Shown piece by piece: positions 55,284 through 64,000 of a DNA stretch of 64,000 nt. Source of the stretch: an uncultured Chloroflexia bacterium. GTDB taxonomy: Bacteria > Chloroflexota > Chloroflexia > Thermomicrobiales > Thermomicrobiaceae. A program made the translations under genes and the position numbers. Positions within the stretch are counted from its first letter, which is position 1. Each line of letters starts with the position of its first letter. The notes beneath the pieces were generated by a model, which worked only from the letters and a program-made list of their open reading frames with translations, was not told where the DNA came from and ran no database searches. The stretch spans positions 11,004 through 75,003 of the forward strand of contig CAWBKX010000001.1 of the NCBI GenBank assembly GCA_963789565.1, read 5' to 3'.

Positions 55284-56378
55284 TCAGAAAGCGCGACGAG
55301 AGAGCTGATCAAGTAGGGCAAGTAGTGCTTGACGACCATCGTTGTCCTCAGCGTCTCGCTCGAGGATTTCACGCGCTTCATCGTGATAGCGCGCGACGAC
55401 GTCTTCCAGTTGATCTTGAATCTCGTAATGACCGAGGAGTTCCACGATCCAATCCACATCCGGCTCGTCGATTGACTGCCGCTCGTAGGTGTCCTTCAAT
55501 CGAGCTCTTTCGTCCGGAGCCGCTGCCGCGGCCAACGTGATGATCGGCAGCGACTTCTTGCGGCGGCGAATGTCGTCGGCTTTGCGTTTGCCGGTGACGC
55601 TGGTCTCGCCCCAGATACCCAACACGTCGTCACGGACTTGAAACCCGAGTCCGAGTGCCCCACCAAACGCACGGAAGCGTTCAACCCGCTCCTCATCCGC
55701 GCCGCCGATCAGCGCTCCCGCGCCCGCTGCGTAGGACAGGATAGCGGCAGTCTTGCCGCGTATCATCTCCACGTAATGATCCACGCTGATATCCCAACGC
55801 TCTTCAAAGCCCAGATCGAGAACCTGGCCCTCGACGATGCGCAATGTCACCACGTTGTATCCGCGAATCAGGCGTTCGAGTCGGTCAGGCGGCACTCCAC
55901 GCTCGGCACTGCGAATCAGCGCCAGCTGACCCAGGGCGAAGAGCGCGTCTCCAGTGTTGATCGCCTGGCTTGAGCCCCACAATGACCAGACCGTCGGTCG
56001 GTGGCGTCGTGTGTCGCTCTGATCCTGAATGTCGTCGTGGACGAGGGTGAAGTTGTGGAGGAATTCAATGGCCGCGCCCGCCGGAACCGCTCGCTCGACT
56101 TCACCACCGACGGCGGCGCATGCGTACATGCACAGCAGTGGTCGAATGCGCTTGCCAGCGTCAGATTGGGCGGGCTGGAAGGATGAGTCGGACCAACCAA
56201 GATGGTAGCGTGCCATGCCATAGAGCGAGAGATCGTGCTTATCCAGGACGTGAGTGGTTGGCTGCTCAGCTGACGCAACCACGTCCTTCATCATGTCTTC
56301 GACGGCGTGAATGAGGTCCGTCACGATCTCGTTTCCGAATGGCTCCAACACGGGCACGCTCGATTGTCGAAGGCCCAA
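55284..56378 (-). CDS. Polyprenyl diphosphate synthase (trans-isoprenyl, GGPP/longer)
   Basis: The first motif, LVHDDIQDQSDTRRHRPT, and the second, FQVRDDVLG, are the Asp-rich motifs. The start is TTG. Confidence 0.85.
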   Translation of the reverse strand: MGLRQSSVPVLEPFGNEIVTDLIHAVEDMMKDVVASAEQPTTHVLDKHDLSLYGMARYHLGWSDSSFQPAQSDAGKRIRPLLCMYACAAVGGEVERAVPAGAAIEFLHNFTLVHDDIQDQSDTRRHRPTVWSLWGSSQAINTGDALFALGQLALIRSAERGVPPDRLERLIRGYNVVTLRIVEGQVLDLGFEERWDISVDHYVEMIRGKTAAILSYAAGAGALIGGADEERVERFRAFGGALGLGFQVRDDVLGIWGETSVTGKRKADDIRRRKKSLPIITLAAAAAPDERARLKDTYERQSIDEPDVDWIVELLGHYEIQDQLEDVVARYHDEAREILERDAEDNDGRQALLALLDQLSRRAF

Positions 56379-56538
56379 AATTTGGGCATACTATAGCATG
56401 ATTGACACTTCAGAGGCGTGCATCTCGATGGCTGACACGGGCCAAATCTCATCCACCGGACGCCTCGAAAGCACCCCAATCCGCGCCTCAAATCGTGATG
56501 CGCGCAACTAGGCTAACGCGAAAGCGTAGGTGCTCCAC

Positions 56539-57228
56539 ATGATATTCGACTCAACCTACTTTCTGTTCATCATCCCACCGATGATCTTCCTGCTGTACGC
56601 GCAGTGGCGGGTCAAGTCGACCTTCACCAAATACAGCAAGGTGCCGAACCAGCGCGGCATGAGCGGTGCCGAGGTCGCACGGGCGCTCCTCGATGCCAAC
56701 GGACTGCGAGACATCCCGGTCGAGATGATCAATGGCGATTTGACTGACCACTACGACCCGCGCTCGCGCACGATGCGGCTGTCAAAGGCCGTATTCATGA
56801 GCCGTTCGGTTGCTGCGGTTGGCATTGCCGCGCACGAGACCGGCCACGCGATCCAACAGCAACACGGATATGCGCCGTTGCAGATCCGCTCGGCGCTGGC
56901 ACCGGTGGCGTCGATCGGTTCGAACATTGGCTGGGTGATGATCGTCGGAGGGATCCTGATCTCCATAACGCAGCTAGCCTGGCTTGGGATCGCCTTCTTC
57001 GCGGCAGGCACGCTCTTTGCCCTGATCACGCTGCCGGTGGAGTTCAATGCCAGTCATCGCGCCATGGCGTTAATGACCACGATGGGCATCGTCGATCGCA
57101 CCGAGGCGCAACAGAACCGCGAGGTTCTCAACGCCGCCGCGTTGACGTACGTTGCCGGATTCGTGGCGGCGCTGATGCAGCTCCTGTATTGGCTCAGCAT
57201 CGTGAGTGGCATGAACCGACGGTCATAG
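56539..57228 (+). CDS. Membrane zinc metallopeptidase (YugP-like)
   Basis: It has the AAHETGHAIQ zinc motif between N- and C-terminal TM segments. The family-typical N-terminus is MIFDSTYFLFIIP. Confidence 0.8.
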   Translation: MIFDSTYFLFIIPPMIFLLYAQWRVKSTFTKYSKVPNQRGMSGAEVARALLDANGLRDIPVEMINGDLTDHYDPRSRTMRLSKAVFMSRSVAAVGIAAHETGHAIQQQHGYAPLQIRSALAPVASIGSNIGWVMIVGGILISITQLAWLGIAFFAAGTLFALITLPVEFNASHRAMALMTTMGIVDRTEAQQNREVLNAAALTYVAGFVAALMQLLYWLSIVSGMNRRS

Positions 57229-57377
57229 GGATGTTAGCGGCCCTCATCCCTGACCTCTTCTCCCGCCGAGCAGGAGATCGGGGACAATGCTCAACGTTTG
57301 CACCTCGTTTCCCATCTCCCGTTCGCGTGGGAGAGGGGCTGATTGTGAGGGCTGCTCGCGACATCCAAGTCGAAGCG

Positions 57378-58760
57378 TCAATCTGCAGTCAAGCCGTAAC
57401 CGCGCGCCAGAAACTTGCCGCTGCCGCGTTCACCCAAAACAGCCGGACCATCCTCGAAAGTGTAGACCGTGTTGCCTCGAATGATCGTGCGCACGACGCG
57501 TCCGAGGATCTCGCGTCCATCCATCGGTGTCCATTTGTTGCGGTGCAGCATTTCGTCGCCGCGAACTTCCCACAGTTGGTTGGGATCGTAGATGGCGATG
57601 TCCGCGTCGGCTCCCAGCTCGAGTGACCCTTTGCGCGGAAAGAGGCTGAAGATCCTTGCGGGATTCCCGGCGGTGAGCCGCACAAAGTCCTCAATCTCGA
57701 GCCCGCGTTTGTTGAGCATCTCGTCGAATATCGACGGATACATCGTCTGCACGCCGGCCAGGCCCAGCGGTGCCTCCCAAATGTCGTCTAGACCCGCCTC
57801 TTTGCTCTCGATGGTGTATCCACAATGGTCGGACGAGATGACATCCACAGTGCCGTCCGAGACGAAATCCCACAGCATCTCAACCTGATCGCGATTGCGA
57901 ATTGCCGGGGCACAGCGCGCGAATGGTCCGCGTTGGATGAGATCGTCTTCATCCATGACGAGGTATTGCGGGCACGTCTCGCCGTAGACCAGAGATCCGC
58001 GAGCCTGAGCCTCGCGAATGAGTTCAAAACCTCCGGCCGTGCTGACGTGGCAAATGTAGGCGATGCCGCCGGTCTGCTCGGCGAAGAAGATGGCGCGGTT
58101 GATGGCCTCTACCTCGACAATCGGAGGACGCGACTCGGCGTGCGCCAATGGGTCCTTTCGGCCGGCCGCCTTCATGCGCGCAATACCCGCCTGCAAAAGC
58201 TGATCGTTTTCGGCGTGCAGCCCGTAAGGGATACCGGTCGTCGCCAAGCGCTCGAAGACGGACAAAAGCGTGTCGTCGGTCGCCGCCGGGAAGCCGGGGC
58301 TCGACCCCGCCATGAACGACTTGATGGCGACAACCCCCTCGTCGATCATCTCGTCGATCTTGTCGAGATCCTGATTGATGGCCGCCCCCCACAATGCAAA
58401 ATCGACAATCGACTCGCCTGACGCCACCCGAATCTTCTCGCGGATGTGCTCGCCCTCGCTCGAGGTCGGCGTGGCCTGTGGCATCTCGACTACTGTCCCA
58501 ATACCTCCAGCAATGGCTCCCATGCTGCCGGTGTAGAAGCCCTCGGTCTGCACGGCGTTCGGCTCACGGAAGTGTGTGTGGACATCGACGCCCGCCGGAA
58601 CAACGAATTTCCCTGACGCGTCGATAACTTCATCCGCTTCCAGCTCGCTGGCGTCCGTCATAATAGCGGCAATCTGCTCGCCTTCGATGACCAGATCGAC
58701 ACGCACACCCCCACTCTCGATTCCCAGCACGCCGCCCTGAATAACCGTTCGTTTCGCCAC
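57378..58760 (-). CDS. Cyclic amidohydrolase (allantoinase / dihydropyrimidinase / dihydroorotase family)
   Basis: GTG at 58760 after GGAAGGGG. It has GVDVHTHFREP, AIKSFMAG (carboxylated Lys region), HAEN and SDHC. Confidence 0.8.
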   Translation of the reverse strand: MAKRTVIQGGVLGIESGGVRVDLVIEGEQIAAIMTDASELEADEVIDASGKFVVPAGVDVHTHFREPNAVQTEGFYTGSMGAIAGGIGTVVEMPQATPTSSEGEHIREKIRVASGESIVDFALWGAAINQDLDKIDEMIDEGVVAIKSFMAGSSPGFPAATDDTLLSVFERLATTGIPYGLHAENDQLLQAGIARMKAAGRKDPLAHAESRPPIVEVEAINRAIFFAEQTGGIAYICHVSTAGGFELIREAQARGSLVYGETCPQYLVMDEDDLIQRGPFARCAPAIRNRDQVEMLWDFVSDGTVDVISSDHCGYTIESKEAGLDDIWEAPLGLAGVQTMYPSIFDEMLNKRGLEIEDFVRLTAGNPARIFSLFPRKGSLELGADADIAIYDPNQLWEVRGDEMLHRNKWTPMDGREILGRVVRTIIRGNTVYTFEDGPAVLGERGSGKFLARGYGLTAD

Positions 58761-58847
58761 GTCACCACCCCTTCCTGAATCAAGCGGTCGCCGATTGCAC
58801 TGATGCCGCGCACCCGTCACACGTCATGCACGAGCCCTGCAACTTAA

Positions 58848-59894
58848 CTATCCCTCGTCATCCTCTTCGTTACTGACATCTTCGTCATAGGGCGGGAATC
58901 GAAAGCGCATCTCGCGATCGAGCAATCCGCCATATCCGAACCGATCGATTGCCCCCTCAGTGAGATGCTCACCGGTCATCACGAGGGGCAGAATCAGGTC
59001 GGCAAACGTCACCGATGAATACATCGAGCAGGACGCCAAATTGATAACCGGTACGTCTCCTATCTCCGCTACCCAGAACATGCTGCCAGGATGCGACGGT
59101 GCTCCGAAATGGACCATCTGGCCGCCAGCTTCACCGAGGGCCAACAGCGTCGGGTCAAGTGGATCGAGCGTGTTGCCGCCAGCCATGAGTATGACGTCGT
59201 TGGCTGGAACCAGCTCGCGCAACGTGTCGGCGACCGCGTGAGAATCTGACGAGACGAATCTGACATCGGTCAACCGCGATCCGTACCAGCCAATCTTCTG
59301 ATCGATGCTGGCTCTGAAGCGATCACGCAGCTTCTCGGAGAGCCCCTCTGTGGCGACAGCCGCAACCCGTTTAGGCTCAAACGGCATCACCCGAATCAGC
59401 GCGTCGCGATTCTCTCTCGCCACACACTCAGCCCGGTCGAGATCCTGCTCCGGCACGGCCAGCGGGGTGATCTTGACCCCGGCCACGATCTTGCCTGGGA
59501 GAACCGTCTGTCGATCGAGGTGCGTGAACACCGACAGCCCCGGAATCTGGTTGATGGCGAAGATGAGCTCCGGATCAATGCGAAGCACGCCCTTGACGCT
59601 CGCGATGAGGTTGTAGCGGCTCAAAGCCGGTCCCTTGACGCGGATTCCGTCGCCCGCCAGCGCGTGCGAGAGACGAAGCCCCGCCTCATCTTCGTGAACG
59701 TCGTGAGGTCCGGGCTCGACGACGTGAATCAAGCTCTCGTCGGCATTCTTTAGCGCTTGAATAGCTTCAGTGTCGAGGATGGCACCTTTCTTGATGATTC
59801 GCCTGCCTTGACACGAGCGCACGTCCTGGGCGACGATCCAGCCTTCTTTGCCTAGTTCGATGAGCTGTGTGGCCGTCATACTGTGGGCCTGCAA
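58848..59894 (-). CDS. Molybdopterin-binding (MoCF-biosynthesis-type) domain protein
   Basis: TTG start 5 nt after GGAGG. The C-terminal half has DVILMAGGNTLDPLDP, typical of MoaB/MogA/CinA-like folds. The assignment is tentative. Confidence 0.5.
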   Translation of the reverse strand: MQAHSMTATQLIELGKEGWIVAQDVRSCQGRRIIKKGAILDTEAIQALKNADESLIHVVEPGPHDVHEDEAGLRLSHALAGDGIRVKGPALSRYNLIASVKGVLRIDPELIFAINQIPGLSVFTHLDRQTVLPGKIVAGVKITPLAVPEQDLDRAECVARENRDALIRVMPFEPKRVAAVATEGLSEKLRDRFRASIDQKIGWYGSRLTDVRFVSSDSHAVADTLRELVPANDVILMAGGNTLDPLDPTLLALGEAGGQMVHFGAPSHPGSMFWVAEIGDVPVINLASCSMYSSVTFADLILPLVMTGEHLTEGAIDRFGYGGLLDREMRFRFPPYDEDVSNEEDDEG

Positions 59895-60044
59895 CGAGAC
59901 CTCCGATCACCGTCGTTGTTTACACTGACAAGTCTAACGCAGCCCGACGGAGTCTATTCACACCGACATCTGTCTCGTGTCAGAAGAGACGGTCGAATCG
60001 AAACGTGCGGCAATGGCGCGCACGAATGGAAAGGTGAGCAGGCG

Positions 60045-60479
60045 ATGGCAGTCAGTACCCAGGAGCGACTCGATATTCTGCAGGACATTTCGAAATCGTG
60101 GCTGGAACTGGTGAAGGCAATCAGAGGGTTAAGCGATGAGCAAATCGTCAAACCAACGACGGTGGACCAGTGGTCTGTGAAGGACATCATGGCCCATATC
60201 ACCTTCTGGGAAAGTCGTCTGATCCACAATATCGGGCTTTTGGAGCGGGGCGAGCAGCCTCCGGAGTCGAGCGACTACGAGTCGATCAACCAGGAGGAAG
60301 CGTCCAGGAGCCGTGATGCCAGTCTGGACGACGTGCGGGCGCAGTTTGACGCCATGCACGACCAGGTGATGGGCATGCTTGAAGGAACAAGCCACCTCTC
60401 GCGCGAGATGGTCGCAGGCAACACCTACGAGCATTACGACGAGCACATGGCCGACATCCGTACTGCGTTCAAGAAGTAA
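60045..60479 (+). CDS. DinB/ClbS-like four-helix-bundle protein
   Basis: ATG at 60045. It has WSVKDIMAHITFWE and a C-terminal YEHYDEH block. Confidence 0.55.
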   Translation: MAVSTQERLDILQDISKSWLELVKAIRGLSDEQIVKPTTVDQWSVKDIMAHITFWESRLIHNIGLLERGEQPPESSDYESINQEEASRSRDASLDDVRAQFDAMHDQVMGMLEGTSHLSREMVAGNTYEHYDEHMADIRTAFKK

Positions 60480-60743
60480 CGCAAGTCGCGAAGCGAAGTT
60501 CAGGTTCCTGTCCACTCCGGGGGTAGTGATGCTGCAGGTTCCGGGAGGACAACACCCGCGTCCCGTGACCCTGCCTCCCCTGCAAGATGGGCAAAAACCC
60601 GATGGGTGGAGGAGAACCTTGTGTCTTCCCCGCAATGAGCAATGACTGTCGGAAATCAAGCCCATCGCTCGAACGACGCGACGAAATGGGCGGCCAACTC
60701 GGCCGCCCATCGTTCATTCACGAATTGAATCCATGAGTTCGGG

Positions 60744-62006
<1,263 letters not shown>

Positions 62007-62029
62007 CCCGTATCTCCCCGTACCGTTGA

Positions 62030-62683
62030 CTATTGCGCGGTGACGAGCTTCGGTGATTCGAGCACGTGATCGACGATCCCGTACTCCTTCGCCTCCTGCG
62101 CAGACATGAAGTAATCGCGCTCGGTGTCACGCTTCACTCGCTCGAACGATTGTCCGGTGTGAAACGCCATCAATTCGGTCAGCTTGGTGGTGAGATTGAT
62201 GGTCTCGCGCGCCTGAATCTCGATGTCCGGAACCGACCCGCGGAACCCGGACGAGCCCTGATGAATGAGGACTCGCGAGTGAGGCAAAGCAAAGCGCTTG
62301 TCCTTTGACCCGGCAGCCAGCAGCACCGCGGCCATACTCGCTCCCAAGCCAACGCACGTCGTTGCCACATCAGATTGAATCATCTGCATCGTATCATAGA
62401 TGGCCAGCCCGGCGTAAACGAGGCCACCGGGGCTGTTGATGTACAGACGGATGTCCTGCTCCGGGTTTTCGTGCGCCAAAAACAGCAACTGTGCCACGAT
62501 GGCATTGGCAACCTGATCGTCAACCGGCGTACCCAGGAAGATGATGCGGTCGCGCAATAGCCGCGAATAGATGTCGTAGGCACGCTCGCCACGATTGGTG
62601 GATTCGACCACCATCGGAATCAAATTCTGAGGCTGAAGATAGTCGGTCTTCGAATAGAAATACGGCGAACCGTTGAGATCCAT
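62030..62683 (-). CDS. clpP: ATP-dependent Clp protease proteolytic subunit ClpP
   Basis: It has [19 protein letters not shown], the GLGASMAA Ser site and LIHQGS. ATG 62683 is preferred over the upstream TTG. Confidence 0.93.
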   Translation of the reverse strand: MDLNGSPYFYSKTDYLQPQNLIPMVVESTNRGERAYDIYSRLLRDRIIFLGTPVDDQVANAIVAQLLFLAHENPEQDIRLYINSPGGLVYAGLAIYDTMQMIQSDVATTCVGLGASMAAVLLAAGSKDKRFALPHSRVLIHQGSSGFRGSVPDIEIQARETINLTTKLTELMAFHTGQSFERVKRDTERDYFMSAQEAKEYGIVDHVLESPKLVTAQ

Positions 62684-62722
62684 GGGGTGCGCGTCCTTCC
62701 TGGGCAACGTCGTGTTTCGCGC

Positions 62723-64000
62723 TTACGTGCCCGCGGATTCTTCCTCGTCTTCGGTGTCATCTGAATCGTCGTCAGCGTCGACCTCGGCCGTCGCTTTTAT
62801 CGGTTCCGCAGCGGCTTCCGCGCTCACTTCGCCAGCTTCGTCCGCTGCATCGTCGGCCTCAGCGACCTCGGCTGTTGCCTCGGCATCAGCGTTTTCCTCG
62901 TCGGCGTCGGTCTCCTCAGCCTCTTCCGACTCGCCAACCACTTCGGAGGTCTCCGCGGTCGGCTCCTCGAGGGCGGTAGCCCCTTCACCAGTCACAGCCC
63001 CAACACCTTCGGTCACGAGCTCAATCAGGCGATCGGCAACTTTCCGGTTGGCAAGCTCGTCGCGGATCATCTGCGAAAAATAAGGGCTCTTGTAGATCTC
63101 TTTCATCCGCTCGGACTCTTCAGACTGGCCGGTCAGACGCTCGATCTCATCGAACAGATCGTCCTCGCTGACTTCGAGCCCTTCGGACTTGGAGAAGGCT
63201 TCCAGTACCAGTGAGTTCCGCAGACGCTTCTCGGCATCGGGCCGGATTTCTGCTCGATAGTCGTCATCCGACTTACCACCGAAACGCAAGAACTCTTCGA
63301 ACGACATGTTCTCGCGGTTCAGCTCCTGCCGCAGGCGCTGAATGTCATCGTCGACCTGCCGGTCAACCATGGCGGAGGGAATCTCGAGAATGGCCTGCTC
63401 GGCCATAGCCTCGATGGCGCTGTTCACAACTTCGGTGCGGGCCTGGACCGAGCGACTGCGTAGCAAATCTTTGCGTAGTTCAGACTTCAGAGCGTCGAGC
63501 GTCTCATGCTCACCGAGGGTCTTGGCCAACTCGTCGTCGAGCTCGGGCATCTCGCGCTCTTTGACGTCTTTCAGCGTGATGTTGTAATGCAGGGTCTTGC
63601 CAAGCAGATCCGGATTAGTGGAGTCGTTTTCTTCGGCGAAGGTAATGTCGAATTCAGCCTGTTCGCCCGGCTTAAGTTGTTTGACGGCCTCTTCGATCTC
63701 CGGGAAGAGTCTGCCTTCGCCGATCTCGAAATCGGCGTCATTCACCGGATCCTGAAAGGGCTCGCCATCTTCATACGCCTGGAGGTCGATGATGACCTGA
63801 TCGCCATCTGTTGGCTTGCGAGGCGTTTCCGGCTCTTTCCAAACGCTGTTCTGTTTACGCAGATTCTCGAGGACCTCGTCGACGTCTTCGTCGACGACGT
63901 TGACCTCTCGCGGGTCGACGCGAACGCCGGAATATTCGTTGAGATCCACGGTGGGATAAATCTGCACTTCAACGCGGAAACCGACCGGCTCGTCTTGATA
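62723..64000 (-). CDS. tig: Trigger factor, 5'-truncated by window end, with ~95-aa acidic C-terminal extension
   Basis: The reading frame stays open to position 64000. The visible sequence includes an FKBP-type middle region and a C-terminal chaperone arm region. Gene order tig-clpP-clpX is canonical. Confidence 0.9.
   Translation of the reverse strand, partial: YQDEPVGFRVEVQIYPTVDLNEYSGVRVDPREVNVVDEDVDEVLENLRKQNSVWKEPETPRKPTDGDQVIIDLQAYEDGEPFQDPVNDADFEIGEGRLFPEIEEAVKQLKPGEQAEFDITFAEENDSTNPDLLGKTLHYNITLKDVKEREMPELDDELAKTLGEHETLDALKSELRKDLLRSRSVQARTEVVNSAIEAMAEQAILEIPSAMVDRQVDDDIQRLRQELNRENMSFEEFLRFGGKSDDDYRAEIRPDAEKRLRNSLVLEAFSKSEGLEVSEDDLFDEIERLTGQSEESERMKEIYKSPYFSQMIRDELANRKVADRLIELVTEGVGAVTGEGATALEEPTAETSEVVGESEEAEETDADEENADAEATAEVAEADDAADEAGEVSAEAAAEPIKATAEVDADDDSDDTEDEEESAGT

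Noticed and set aside
62673-63083. 136-aa Ser/Ala-rich plus-strand ORF
   Set aside because: It is the antisense shadow of the acidic (GAx/GCx-rich) tail of trigger factor.

Overview
GC-rich, gene-dense bacterial chromosomal segment with about 52 protein genes and one tRNA-Cys. I found no rRNA, CRISPR array, transposase or integrase. The taxon cannot be fixed from sequence alone. The leader style, Pro/Thr linkers and HAF-type repeats suggest Chloroflexota/Thermomicrobia or an actinobacterium, but this is a guess.

From about 19.7 kb to the end the content is mostly housekeeping:
- carbohydrate metabolism: glgP-type phosphorylase, phosphomannomutase (gnd lies just upstream of this region, at 15.7-16.7 kb)
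- purine and nucleotide metabolism: purN, guaA, purD, adenine deaminase
- DNA repair: recJ, a YcaQ-type glycosylase, two uracil-DNA-glycosylase-superfamily genes
- translation and proteostasis: infA, and tig-clpP-clpX (tig runs off the 3' edge)
- regulators: MerR, DtxR and NarL-type regulators, plus a large MEDS/PAS/GAF histidine kinase

The first ~19 kb is accessory-looking and dominated by secreted or envelope proteins. The most unusual locus is a minus-strand cluster at 917-6084. It holds two paralogous twin-arginine-leader proteins that are very cysteine-rich (about 14-16% Cys by hand count). One carries a group-XII-like secretory phospholipase A2 motif. A truncated MauE-like remnant lies between them. 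Downstream is an intact fusion of a MauE/DoxX-type membrane domain to two TlpA-like thioredoxin domains. I read this as a candidate dedicated oxidative-folding or export module for Tat-targeted disulfide-dense cargo, analogous to MauE/MauD acting on MauA but with different cargo.

Other oddities:
- a CorA-like cytoplasmic domain fused to a formate/nitrite-transporter channel
- a Hanks-type kinase with HGN in place of HRD, fused to a degenerate NodB (polysaccharide deacetylase) ectodomain
- a secreted protein with three tandem His/Trp-rich ~55-aa repeats
- a MerR-type 19-bp-spacer promoter facing a BON-domain gene
- a trigger factor with a ~95-aa acidic tail

All functional calls come from motif recognition by eye. 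No database search was run.
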